Shown here piece after piece: positions 38,606 to 48,848 of a stretch of DNA of 64,000 bases. The DNA lies in the NCBI GenBank assembly GCA_963737265.1, contig CAVTRY010000023.1, forward strand, positions 128,001-192,000, given 5' to 3'. The translations under genes were made by a program, and so were the position numbers. The DNA comes from an uncultured delta proteobacterium (lineage in GTDB: Bacteria; Myxococcota_A; Polyangia; Fen-1088). Each line of letters begins with the position of its first letter. The stretch's first letter is position 1. Below the pieces are notes generated by a model. That model ran no database searches and was not told where the DNA came from. It saw nothing but the letters and a program-made list of their open reading frames with translations.

Positions 38606-41087
38606 TTAGGTGCGCGCGACCGCGCCGAACGGACACACACGGTTGCATTCGCCGCACTTGATGCAGCGGCTGTTGTCGATGACGTAGAGCTCACCTTTGC
38701 TGCCGCTGATACACGGCACCGGGCACTTGCGCTCGCACAAGCCGCAGCCGCGGCAATTGGCCAGAATGTGATAGGTCAAAAGCGACTTGCACACGCCAGC
38801 CATGCAGCGATTGTTCACGATGTGCGAGACGTACTCGTGCTCGAAGTAGCGCAGGGTCGACACCACCGGATTGGGCGCCGATTGTCCGAGGCCGCAGGCC
38901 GAGGTGCGCGAAATGATGGCGGCGAGGTGGCGCAGCTCGTTCATGTCCTCCGGCTTGCCCTTGCCGTCGGTGATGCGTTCGAGGATTTCCAGCATGCGCT
39001 TGGTGCCTTCGCGGCACGGGATGCACTTGCCGCAGGACTCATGCTGGGTGAAGCTGAGGAAGAACTTGGCAAAGTTCACCATGCACGTGCCCGAATCGGT
39101 GACCACGAGGCCGCCGGAGCCCATCATGCTGCCGAGCTTCTTCAAGTTTTCGTAGTCGACCGGAGTGGCCATCTGCTCGGCCGGGATGCAACCGCCCGAG
39201 GGTCCGCCCGACTGCGCTGCCTTGATGGCGGACCCGGCCGAGGCGCCGCCGCCGATGTCGTGGATGATTTCCTTGAGGCTGATGCCCATCGGCACTTCGA
39301 CGAGCCCGGTGTTTCTGACCTTGCCCGACAGCGAGAAGATCTTGGTGCCGCCGCTCTTCTCCGTGCCCACCTCGCGGAACCACGCCGCGCCCTTGCCGAT
39401 GATGAGCGGTACGTTGGCGAAGGTCTCGACGTTGTTCACGTTGGTCGGGTGTCCGGCAAAACCGGACGCCGCCGGGAAGGGCGGCTTGTTGCGCGCCATT
39501 CCGCGCTTGCCCTCGATGCTGGAGATCATGGCCGTCTCTTCGCCGCACACGAAGGCGCCGGCGCCCTGCACGATCTCGATGCGCAGGCTGTGGCCGGTGC
39601 CGAGGATGTTGGGGCCGACAAGGCCGTAGGTGCGCGCCTGGGCCATGGCGATCTGCAGGCGACGAATGGCCAGCGGATACTCGGCCCGGCAATAGATGAA
39701 GGCGTGAGCCGCGCCGATGGCGTAAGCGCCGATCAGCATGCCTTCGAGCACACGGTGGGGATCGCCTTCGAGCACGCTGCGATCCATGAAGGCGCCGGGA
39801 TCGCCCTCGTCGGCGTTGCACACGAGGTAGCGCTTGGGGTCGGGTTGCGCGCGGGTGATTTCCCATTTCTTGCCAGTGGGGAAACCGCCACCGCCGCGCC
39901 CGCGCAGATTGGCGGCGCTGATCTCGGCGATGACTTTTTCGGCCGTCATTTCCTTGAGCGCCTTGTAGAGCGCCATGTACCCGCCACGCGCGATGTATTC
40001 GTCGATGTTTTCGGGATCGATCTTGCCGGTGTTGGAAAGCACGCGGCGCACTTGCTTCTGGTAAAATGGAATCTGCGCTTCGGTGACCTGGCCCGGCGCA
40101 TAGAGCAGGCGCTCGACGATCTTGCCGCCCACGATGTGCTTGTCGATGATCTCGCCGACGTCCTCGGGCTTGACCCGGCAATAGAAGGCTTCAAGCGGGC
40201 CCATCTGCACGATGGGCCCCACTTCGCACAGACCCCTGGCAGCCGGTCTCGATGAACTCGACCTTGCCGGTAAGGCCGCGCTTGTCGAGCTCGGCCAAGA
40301 ACGTCTTGTAGATGGCGGGCTCGCTGCCGGCGTCGCAGGTCAGGCCCTTGCACAGGTAGGCCTGGGCGAGAACATCCGGTCGTTTGTGTTCGACAAGCTG
40401 ATGGAGCTCGTCGCGGAACTTAGCGCAGTCGGGATCGTCGTGGCAGGCGATGCCTTCGATGCGACAAAGTAAAAAATTCGGGCACGGCGTTCCGGGGCGC
40501 GTCTGGCACTTGTCGCAGCAGCGGTCGAGAAAGGTACGGCCGCGCAGCTTGGGCGCTTCAGGCGCGGGCGTGTGGATGGCGCGAATGCCGTGGCTGGGCG
40601 CTTGCAACAACTTGTGGGCCAGCTTGGCGACGCCCTTCTGGGTCATGCGACCGTGTACTTCACCGTCGACGACGATGGCGGGCGCCACGCCGCACGCGCC
40701 CACGCAGTTCACCTTTTCGAGCGTCACCTTACCGTCGGGCGTGGTGTCGCCGGCGTGAATGCCGAGCACGGCGACGAGCTCGCCCAGCAGGTCTTCGGAG
40801 CCCTTCACGTTGCAAGCCGTCCCGTTGCAGACTTGGATGACGTGCTCGCCCTGAGGCTTGAGGCGAAACTGCGAATAGAACGTGGCCACGCCGTAGACGC
40901 GTGCCTCGGAGATGCGCATGGCGTCGGCAACATAGTCGAGCGCGTCGGTGCGCAGATAGCCGTACATTTCCTGCGTCTTCTGCAGCACCGCGATGAGATT
41001 GCGCGGCTGCAAATCCGGCCACGCGGCGATGAGCTCGCGCAGCGGGGTCAGCTCGGCGGTGGTGGGGGCTAGTACGTCCTGGTTCAT
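38606..41087 (-). CDS. fused NuoE-like (HydC) and NuoF-like (HydB) diaphorase subunit, +1 frameshift near 40232
   Basis: VYGVATFYSQF, CNGTAC, CVGACG (NuoE); GRGGGGFPTG, CNADEGDPGAFMDR, CGEET, ESCGKCIPCREG and C-terminal 2x4Fe-4S (NuoF); removing one base restores TGCQGLCEVGPIV. Confidence 0.87.
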
Positions 41088-41319
41088 GGGTTCCTTCTCG
41101 TCTGAAACCGGCGCACTTTCCGCCGGACAGGGATAGCGTAGCAGATAGGTTGTGAAAAAAATAACGACGCCGCGACTTTTCTTGAAAAATCGCGCTGCGC
41201 ACTTCGGCAAATAGGACTCTGAATGCGCCTATCCCTATCGTCATGGCGACGCGATGGCCTTAGCGGAAAGGCCAACCAGGCTCCACTGACCCGCATTTCG
41301 CCGGTCCGCCACCGCTCGC

Positions 41320-41731
41320 GCCGAGTGCCCGCTGCCGTAGCAGAGTGAGCTCGTACTTGGACAGGGTTCCCTTCAGCCCCAGCAGCAAGCGATCATTGCC
41401 GACGCGAGGATCGTAGGCCCCTTCGGGGTCGACGGTGACGGCCTCACCACCGCACACATGTCGAGCAGCGTGTGCCACTCACGACCGCTGCGCGCGAGCC
41501 GCGACGCCTCCAGGTAGAAGATGGCCCCACCTCGCGCGTGGTGAGGTCGGCGAATAGCCGCTCGAATCCTGGTCGCACGGTGTGGCCTGCACCGGATCGG
41601 CCGAGATCGTCGTCGATGATCTCGACAGAGGCAAAGCCCATCCCGCGCGCCATCTCGGCGAGCCCATACTGACGCCTCTGGCTTTCGAAGTTGTCCTGAA
41701 CCTGGTGTGGCGCGGATTGCCGAACATACAA
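41320..41731 (-). pseudogene. large serine recombinase fragment
   Basis: YVRQS...ESQRRQY...DDDLGRSG...RPGFERL, then EASRLARSGREW and NDRLLLGLKGTLS in shifted frames; truncated. Confidence 0.85.
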
Positions 41732-41734
41732 AAC

Positions 41735-42140
41735 GGAATCGCACCGGGCAGGCGCAGCTCTTCTTCCGACGTGAGCATGCGCCCGAGGCCACGTCGACCG
41801 GGTGGCCGGTGAAGTGGCAGGTCAGGGCGTTGAAGAAATTGGCCGCGCGCCCCTTGCCCAGCACCTTGCCGATGATGCTGTGGAGGGCCCTGGCCAGGGG
41901 CCCGTTCAGCTTCATGAAGAAGGCGCGCGCGCAGTTCTCGATGGGCGGCAGCGGAATGCCGCCGATGAGCACCGTGGGGCTGCCCATCAAGATCGCGCCG
42001 ATACACGGGGGCGTGCCCGGATCTTTTCCCATCAGGGCGGCGACGGCCATCTTGGCGGTATCGACGGCGGTCTGCGCCGCGGCCATGCCGGCGGCCAGGG
42101 GATTGGGTGCCGCGGCCGCTCCGACGAGACCCATGACGGC
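41735..42140 (-). pseudogene. fragment of PAAR/RHS-type toxin N-terminus
   Basis: GAILMGSPTVLIGG (PAAR-like end) and TGHPVDVASG..MLTSEEELRLPGAIPF (pre-RHS motif); cut off by the recombinase fragment. Confidence 0.7.
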
Positions 42141-42310
42141 GCCAGTCCTTTCGTTCTCGGGGCATGCCGGGGCAGCAGCGCTCAACGCCACGAGCAGCAG
42201 GATCGAGGTTGTCGCCACAGGCACGGCGAGATGCTAGTTCAGAACGCGGAGGTTGTCCGGGGTCAGGTCAGCGGGGGCAACTTTGTGCCTTCCCTTGCCG
42301 ATAGTCCGGT

Positions 42311-43234
42311 ATGCCGCGGCCACTCCGTTTCATCCCCGAGCGCTCCGTCGTCGAGATCACCACCCGCACGTTGCAGGGAAGGCTGCTACTCAAGCCCTCG
42401 CCCGAGCTTACCGACATCATCCTCGGCGTCATCGGCAAGGCCCAGTCTCTCTACGGCATGACCATCCATGCCTTCGTGTTTTTGAGCACCCACGCGCACT
42501 TTTTGCTTTCGCCCACCAGCGCCGGTCAACTCGCGCTTTTCATGCAGTTCGTGAATGCCAACGTGGCCAAGGAGGCGGGGCGGCTCTATCTGTGGCGCGA
42601 GCGCCTGTGGTCTCGCCGCTACCGTTCCATCGTCGTCGCCGACGAAAGGGCCGCGCACGCGAGACTGCGATACATCCTGGCCCATGGCGCGAAGGAGGGC
42701 CTGGTCGGGTCTCCTGGCGCGTGGCCGGGTCCCAATTGCGTCGCCGCCCTCACCACCGGCGAGATTCTGCGTGGCACCTGGTTCGACCGGAGCGCCGAGT
42801 TTCTTGCCCGCCAGCGCGGCGAGACCGTGTTCTCGTCGCAGTTCGCGACCGCCTTCGACGTCGAGCTCACTCCATTGCCGTGCCTGCAACACTTGACGGC
42901 TGACCAGCGCCAGGCCGAGTGCCGTCGCATGGTCGGCGAGATCCAGTCCAAGACCGAGGCCGAAAACAAGGAGAAGGGACGATCTCCCATGGGTGTCGCC
43001 GCCATCCTCGCCCAAGACCCGCATTCAAAGCCCGCTGCCACGGATCGAAGCCCGGCACCCTTCGTCCACGCAAGCGATGCTGCCACCGAAATGGAGTTCC
43101 GCGTTGGCTACCGTGCTTTCGTCGACGCTTTCCGCGCTGGAGCACTGCGCCTGCGCAACCGCGCCCACGAGATCAGGGAGATGTTTCCCCTCTGGGCCTT
43201 CCCGCCGGCCTTGCCGTTCAACGCACCAGCTTAA
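42311..43234 (+). CDS. Y1 HUH transposase, REP-associated (RAYT)-like with C-terminal extension
   Basis: MPRPLR, ITTRT, AFVFLSTHAHFLL (HUH), LWSRRYRS, RYILAH (catalytic Tyr), GLV..P.AWPG. Confidence 0.88.
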   Translation: MPRPLRFIPERSVVEITTRTLQGRLLLKPSPELTDIILGVIGKAQSLYGMTIHAFVFLSTHAHFLLSPTSAGQLALFMQFVNANVAKEAGRLYLWRERLWSRRYRSIVVADERAAHARLRYILAHGAKEGLVGSPGAWPGPNCVAALTTGEILRGTWFDRSAEFLARQRGETVFSSQFATAFDVELTPLPCLQHLTADQRQAECRRMVGEIQSKTEAENKEKGRSPMGVAAILAQDPHSKPAATDRSPAPFVHASDAATEMEFRVGYRAFVDAFRAGALRLRNRAHEIREMFPLWAFPPALPFNAPA

Positions 43235-43383
43235 CGCGGCTGGTCTCAACCGCGGTGACTGGATCGCTGGTCGAGTCCGCACGTGGGACTGGTCCGCCCG
43301 CCGCGTGCCAACGCCTGGAGACTCGCTGTTCCGCCGTCTCGCTCGCGGCCCTGGACAGCTCGAAACCGCCAGGTTTCACGAGA

Positions 43384-43451
43384 AAACGGCCGTCCTGCCC
43401 CTCACCTTTGTCTGCGATCCGCTCGATTGCAGGGGTTCTCGGACGCCGTTT
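43384..43451. other. imperfect long hairpin between transposase and array
   Basis: AAACGGCCGTCC pairs with GGACGCCGTTT; inner CTGCGATC-cgctc-GATTGCAG. Confidence 0.6.
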
Positions 43452-43460
43452 ATCCAGCTT

Positions 43461-44205
43461 TCGGAAAGACCCCTTTCGGAAAGACCCTGGCACCACCCAA
43501 GCTCGGAAAGACCCTGGCACCACCCAAGCGCTCGGAAAGACCCTGGCACCACCCAAGCGCTCGGAAAGACCCTGGCACCACCCAAGCGCTCGGAAAGACC
43601 CTGGCACCACCCAAGCGCTCGGAAAGACGCTCGGAAAGACCCTGGCACCACCCAAGCGCTCGGAAAGACGCTCGGAAAGACCCTGGCACCACCCAAGCGC
43701 TCGGAAAGACCCTGGCACCACCCAAGCGGAAAGACCCTGGCACCACCCAAGCCCAAGCCGCGGAAAGACCCTGGCACCACCCAAGCGCACCACCCAAGCA
43801 AGCGCCGCGCGGAAAGACCCTGGCACCACCCAAGCAAGCGCGGAAAGACCCTGGCACCACCCAAGCAAGCCAAGCGGAAAGACCCTGGCACCACCCAAGC
43901 GGAAAGACCCTGGCACCACCCAAGCGCACCGCACCACCCAAGCGCTCGGAAAGACCCTGGCACCACCCAAGCGGCACGACCCAAGCGGCACCACCCAAGC
44001 GGAAAGACCCTGGCACCACCCAAGCGGAAAGACCCTGGCACCACCCAAGCGCACCACCCAAGCGCGGAAAGACCCTGGCACCACCCAAGCGCACCACCCA
44101 AGCGGCGGTTGCACCACCCAAGCGCGGAAAGACCCTGGCACCACCCAAGCGGAAAGACCCTGGCACCACCCAAGCGGGCACCACCCAAGCGGCACCACCC
44201 AAGCG
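43461..44205. repeat. irregular tandem array of a ~25-29-nt unit
   Basis: About 20 copies of GGAAAGACCCTGGCACCACCCAAGC counted by eye, interspersed with truncated copies; no unique spacers. Confidence 0.95.
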
Positions 44206-44226
44206 CCAGTGTGGTAAAGTTATCTC

Positions 44227-44475
44227 ATGGTTGGGCGCTTGAACATTCCTGACGAGACCCTGGTGGCGCTGAAGCTGAGCGCTGATGCCGCCGAGCGTGA
44301 AGTCGTCCTCGTCGCCGCGATCAAGCTGTTCGAGGTGGGGCGGCTGTCCGCTGGTGCAGCAGCGCAGCTTGCGGGGTTGCCCAAGCCCGTCTTCATGACC
44401 AAGTTGGCGGACTACGGCGTGCCGGTGTTCCGGCTGACCGAAGCCGAGATTGCCCGAGACGCCCAGAATGCCTGA
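44227..44475 (+). CDS. UPF0175-family antitoxin
   Basis: AAIKLFEVGRLSAGAAAQLAGLPKPVFMTKLADYGVP. Confidence 0.88.
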   Translation: MVGRLNIPDETLVALKLSADAAEREVVLVAAIKLFEVGRLSAGAAAQLAGLPKPVFMTKLADYGVPVFRLTEAEIARDAQNA

Positions 44476-44965
44476 CCCGCGCCGCGTGGCAGTGGCTAAC
44501 ACGTCGCCGCTTCAGTACTTGCACCAGTGCGGCCTGATTGACCTTCTGCCGAAGTTGTACGCGCAGGTTCTGGTGCCTCCCGCTGTCGTCCAAGAACTCG
44601 CCAATGGCCGCTCCCTCGGCTTCGATCTGCCCGACCCGACGACCTACCCGTGGATCCGCGTTGTTCGGCCTGCCAGCATCGCCATCCTGCCCGCGGTGAG
44701 TGACCTCGGCGCGGGTGAGCGGGAAGCCCTTGCCCTGGCTGCCGAGACGCCGGAAACGGTTCTCATCATCGACGACGGTCTGGCTCGTCGCCACGCCGAG
44801 ATCCTGCGTGTGCGGTTCACCGGCACGGCGGGGTTGCTGGTGAAGGCCAAAGGGGAGGGGCTGATCCCGGCGGTTGCGCCTGTCCTGGACCGGTTGGCCG
44901 CGCTCCGCTTCAGGCTCACGCCGGAGACTCGCGCGGCGATATTGCGGCTGGTTGGCGAGGAATAG
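44468..44965 (+). CDS. DUF3368 PIN-like toxin
   Basis: VANTSPLQYL, LGAGEREALALA, IIDDGLARRHA, GTAGLLVKAK. Confidence 0.88.
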   Translation: MPDPRRVAVANTSPLQYLHQCGLIDLLPKLYAQVLVPPAVVQELANGRSLGFDLPDPTTYPWIRVVRPASIAILPAVSDLGAGEREALALAAETPETVLIIDDGLARRHAEILRVRFTGTAGLLVKAKGEGLIPAVAPVLDRLAALRFRLTPETRAAILRLVGEE

Positions 44966-44978
44966 GGGACACGCCGAG

Positions 44979-45339
44979 ATGTCCTCGCTCATCTTCTACA
45001 CAGATCCCGATCAGGCGCTCGTCGTCACTGACACACTGGCTGTCAACACGGATGGATCACCGCTTCACTTCACCAGCAAGGCGCACTACCTTCCGCACCT
45101 CAGGACGATTGTTGCGGACACTGGATTGGATGGCTTCTCCGTCGACTGGGCTATGTCAGTGAACAACCGAATGGCCGTCAGTGGCGTCGAAAATCTAAAC
45201 TACCACGCCCCGCGAGGACTGCGAGACCTGTGGGCCAGGTACAACAGGGACCTACGCCTCCCGGATGACGTGACGACCACGGTCTACCACTTCGGGATTT
45301 CTGAGGGTGGCGGGGGCGTCGTTGCATTGTGTCCTTCCG
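44979..45339 (+). pseudogene. hypothetical gene truncated by IS66
   Basis: MSSLIFYTD...VVTDTLA ORF runs into the GTAAGCG IS end at 45340. Confidence 0.5.
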
Positions 45340-45386
45340 GTAAGCGTGTATGACTCGATGGTGGGAGGCCGGGTACCGTGGGCGGC

Positions 45387-45893
45387 ATGGACACGGAGCG
45401 GATTGAGAAAGGCGAAACACCTCAGACGGCGGCCTCGGAGGCGAAGCGGATCGAGGAGCTACGACGGCGGGTCGAGGAGTGGCGACGGACGCGGGTGCGG
45501 CGGACGCGGGTGCCTGCGGAATTATGGGTGGATGCGATTTGGCTGGCGAAGCGGCTCGGGGCGTATCGGACGGCACGCGCAGTTGGGTTGCCGTACGAGT
45601 CGCTGAAGGGCCAAGTCCGTGCTGCAGGGGCTGCGCACGTGACTTCCAAGGCAGATTTAGGCGGGGGGACGACGGCGGCGGCGGGTGCGGCTGGCAAGCG
45701 CGCCAATGCCCGCAGCGACGAGCGTGTGGGCTTCGTCGAGATTGGACAAATTCGAGTGGCGGGGCACCCGCCAGATGTCTGCGGCACGGTTATCGAGATA
45801 GCAGACGGTGAGGGTCGGCGACTGACATTGCGGCTTGGAGCTGGGATGGCTGTCGACGTGGCGGGAATCTTGGCGGCGTTCGGCCGAGGCTAG
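45387..45893 (+). CDS. IS66 accessory protein TnpA-like
   Basis: WRRTR...VPAELW...GFVEI...IEIADGEGRRLTL. Confidence 0.75.
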   Translation: MDTERIEKGETPQTAASEAKRIEELRRRVEEWRRTRVRRTRVPAELWVDAIWLAKRLGAYRTARAVGLPYESLKGQVRAAGAAHVTSKADLGGGTTAAAGAAGKRANARSDERVGFVEIGQIRVAGHPPDVCGTVIEIADGEGRRLTLRLGAGMAVDVAGILAAFGRG

Positions 45894-45895
45894 GA

Positions 45896-46258
45896 ATGAT
45901 CCAGATAACGCCACAGATGCGCGTGTTGGTCGCGGTGGAGCCCGTCGATTTTCGCCGCGGCATGGATGGGCTCGCACAGGTCTGCCGCGAGCGCCTGGCC
46001 GCGGATCCGCTGGGGGGCACGGTCTTTGTTTTCCGCAGCCGTCGGCGAAAGTCCGTGAAGCTGCTGGTCTACGATGGGCAGGGATTCTGGCTGTGTCAGA
46101 AGCGACTGACCCAGGGGCAATTCCGCTGGTGGCCCTCGGCCGAGGGCGCGGTCGCGACGACGCTGCAAGCGCATGAGCTGCAGGTCTTGCTGTTTGGCGG
46201 CGATCCGTCGGCGACGCAGGCAGCGCCGGTGTGGCGGCAGGTCGGGCCGGCAAGATAG
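45896..46258 (+). CDS. tnpB: IS66 accessory protein TnpB
   Basis: PVDFRRGMDGL, FVFRSRRRKSVKLLVYDGQGFWLCQKRL. Confidence 0.92.
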   Translation: MIQITPQMRVLVAVEPVDFRRGMDGLAQVCRERLAADPLGGTVFVFRSRRRKSVKLLVYDGQGFWLCQKRLTQGQFRWWPSAEGAVATTLQAHELQVLLFGGDPSATQAAPVWRQVGPAR

Positions 46259-46322
46259 TCGGCGAGAAAAGAGCTTGCGTTCCAGGGTCCGCTCTGGTAC
46301 GTAGGTCCGCATCGAAACCCTG

Positions 46323-46820
46323 TTGACCCACCGAGGACGCGCGGTGACCGCGGCGGATGTTGAGTTCATTCGCAGCCTCATCGCGGAGCATGCGGAGGCG
46401 AGCCGCCGCCGGCTGTCGGAGAAGCTGTGCGCGGCGTGGGGCTGGACCCAGGCGAACGGTCGGCCTCGGGACATGGTGTGCCGGGGCCTGATGCTGGCAC
46501 TACATCGCGCCGGGCATATTGAGCTACCTGTATGGAACCACCACCCACGGCATGATCAGAAAACGACTATTGTAGGCCACAAACCCAATGTTCTTTCGCC
46601 GCCACTCCGCCGACCACCCGATGTAGCGGTCGCGTGGGCCCAGGTGCCGCGGCGCCGAACTCCACGCGAAGGCCGCCACTGGCCGCTGCCCCGCCAACAC
46701 CAGATACTTGAGGTGCTCGCCCACCGGCTGCGTGTAGCCCAGGTAGTGGTGCGCCTCCATCAGTCCGTTGAACGTCGTTTCCTCGTGGCTGCGCCGCACT
46801 TGCCGAAACTCCAGCAGGCC
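46323..46820. pseudogene. DUF4338 (IS-associated) gene broken by an internal inversion
   Basis: N-terminus HRGRAVT...SRRRLSEKLC...GHIELP on + (46323-46525); next part HHYLGY...NSRFLIMPWV on - (46530-46800). Confidence 0.75.
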
Positions 46821-46829
46821 TAGCGAAAA

Positions 46830-47890
46830 GGATCAAGGTAGCGCACCCGTCGCTCAAGAAGGGCGATTCGTGCCCCGCGTGTTTCAAAGGCAAGGTCTAC
46901 ACGATGGCCGAACCAGCAGTGATCGTGCGCATTGTGGGCATGGCGCCATTGTCCGCCACCGTGCACGAGCTGGATCGTCTGCGCTGCAATCTCTGTGGCG
47001 AAGTCTTTACCGCCCCGGCGCCCGACGGCGTTGGCAGCGCGAAGTACGACGAGACGGCGGCTGCGATGGTCGGCACCGTCAAGTATGGGGCAGGCCTGCC
47101 GTTCAATCGCCTCGAACGGTTGCAGGCCAACATGGGCGTTCCGTTGCCTGCGGCCACGCAGTGGGAAATCGTCGAGCGTGCGGCCGAGCGGCTTGAGCCG
47201 GTCTACAGTGAACCCATTAACCAGGGCGCACAGGGCTCGGTCCTGCACAATGACGATACGCCGGCTAAGATCCTCGAGCTGATGGCCCAGGCCGAGGAGG
47301 ACAAGGAGAAGCCCGACGAGAACGCGACCCGGGTGGGGAAAAGAGCAGGCCTTGACGCCAGCCCGGAAAAACCGGACCGCACCGGCGTGTATACCTCGGG
47401 CATCGTATCCGTCGTCGATGACCATCGTGTCGCCCTGTTTTTCACCGGGCGCAAGCACGCTGGCGAGAACATCGCCGATGTCCTGGCCCGACGCTCGCAG
47501 GAATTGGGCCCCCCCATTCAGATGTGCGACGCCCTCGCCGCAAATACCTCACCAGCAATGCAAACCATCCTGGCTAATTGCCTCAGCCACGCACGTCGCC
47601 GCTATGTCGATGTCGTCGACGACTTTCCCGAGGAGTGTCGTTTCGTCCTAGAAACCCTGCGCGGGGTCTACCACAACGACCAGCTCGCTCGTCAGCGAGG
47701 CCTGTCCACCGAGGATCGACTGGCCTTTCACCAGGCCGAAAGCGCCCCGCACATGAAGTCGCTCGAGGATTGGATGAAGGCGCAGTTCGAAGAGCGCAAG
47801 ACCGAGCCCAATTCTGGCCTCGGCGAGGCCATCGAGTACATGCAGAAGCACTGGCTCAAGCTCACCCTCTTTCTGCGCGTGGCCGGCGCC
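46830..47890 (+). pseudogene. IS66 transposase TnpC, internal fragment
   Basis: RLRCNLCG, LPFNRLE, LHNDDT, HAGEN, MCDALAAN, CLSHARR, EPNSGLGEAIEY; both termini missing. Confidence 0.85.
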
Positions 47891-47948
47891 CGCCCCTGCC
47901 CCCCGCCAAGCAGGGGGCATTCCCGCCCCGCCCCTCTCCGCCGCAGTT

Positions 47949-48848
47949 AGTCCGAAAGCCAAGGGCGGAACTGTTTTCGACGTTGTCACCGACAAGATCA
48001 TCTCGCTACTTGAGCAGGGCACCGCGCCCTGGCGTGCCGACTGGGTCCGCGCCGCAAAGAGGCCCATCTCACTCGTAACCGGGAAGCCCTACAAAGGTAT
48101 CAACCACTTTCTTCTCGGCATGATCTCCCAAATGAGCGGCTATCCTTCGCCTTACTGGCTGACTTTTAAGCAGGTCGGCGAGCGTGGTGGAAAGGTTCGC
48201 AAGGGCCAGAAAGGCAGCCCGTGCTTCTTTTGGAAAGTCTACGACGCAGACGGCGGCGACAGCAACGAGGACACGACCACCGAGGGCAAGAAGCGTTTTG
48301 TCGCGCGTTACTACACCGTCTTCAACGTTGCCCAGTGCGATGGCCTGGAATTTCCTCAGCCAGTGCTGCCCGACCCAACCACTTCAGGCGCAAACCCGAT
48401 CGTTGAGGCGGAGAAGATCGTTGCGGGGTACCACGGCCCGAGCATCGGAACAAAAGGTCTTCGCCCGTGCTACCTCCCACTCACAGACACGGTCGAAATG
48501 CCGGAGCGAACCATGTTCTTCAGTCCGGAAGGCTACTACGCCACGTTGTTTCACGAACTTGTTCATTCAACAGGACACGCGAACCGCCTTGATCGTGATA
48601 TCGAGCAGCCGGCGCCATTCGGCTCGCCTGACTACTCCCGCGAGGAGCTCGTTGCAGAGCTGGGAGCCGCCTTTCTTTCTTCAGAGGCAGGCATCGCCCC
48701 GCCGGTAATCGAGAACCAAGCCGCCTACTTGGCCGGTTGGCTCAAAGTCCTAACGACCGATCGGCGAGCGATCATCACTGCTGCGGCCCAGGCTGAAAAG
48801 GCCGCAGATCTCATTCTCGGCCGCGTGCCGGCGGAGGGAATCAATTGA
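47949..48848 (+). CDS. ardC: ArdC-like anti-restriction protein (ssDNA-binding plus zincin domain); start codon lost
   Basis: In-frame VTDKIISLLEQGTAPW...YKGIN upstream of ATG 48120; WLTFKQ, VRKGQKG, VFNVAQ, TLFHELVHSTGH, YSREELVAELGAAF, YLAGWL. Confidence 0.85.
   Translation, partial: SPKAKGGTVFDVVTDKIISLLEQGTAPWRADWVRAAKRPISLVTGKPYKGINHFLLGMISQMSGYPSPYWLTFKQVGERGGKVRKGQKGSPCFFWKVYDADGGDSNEDTTTEGKKRFVARYYTVFNVAQCDGLEFPQPVLPDPTTSGANPIVEAEKIVAGYHGPSIGTKGLRPCYLPLTDTVEMPERTMFFSPEGYYATLFHELVHSTGHANRLDRDIEQPAPFGSPDYSREELVAELGAAFLSSEAGIAPPVIENQAAYLAGWLKVLTTDRRAIITAAAQAEKAADLILGRVPAEGIN

Larger units (their letters stand above)
45340..47890 (+). mobile_element. rearranged, partial IS66-family element
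   Basis: Left end GTAAGCGT at 45340; tnpA-like, tnpB, DUF4338 pieces and partial tnpC; no right IR seen. Confidence 0.8.

Noticed and set aside
43461-44205. CRISPR array
   Set aside because: No unique spacers; inter-repeat sequence is only sub-fragments of the repeat, and no cas genes are present.
42919-44502. Long ORFs in all six frames across the array
   Set aside because: They arise because the repeat unit has no stop codon in any frame; translations are repetitive and lack credible starts.
46323-46820. Druantia defence system based on DUF4338
   Set aside because: Fragmented, lies inside an IS66 context, and no other Dru genes are present.
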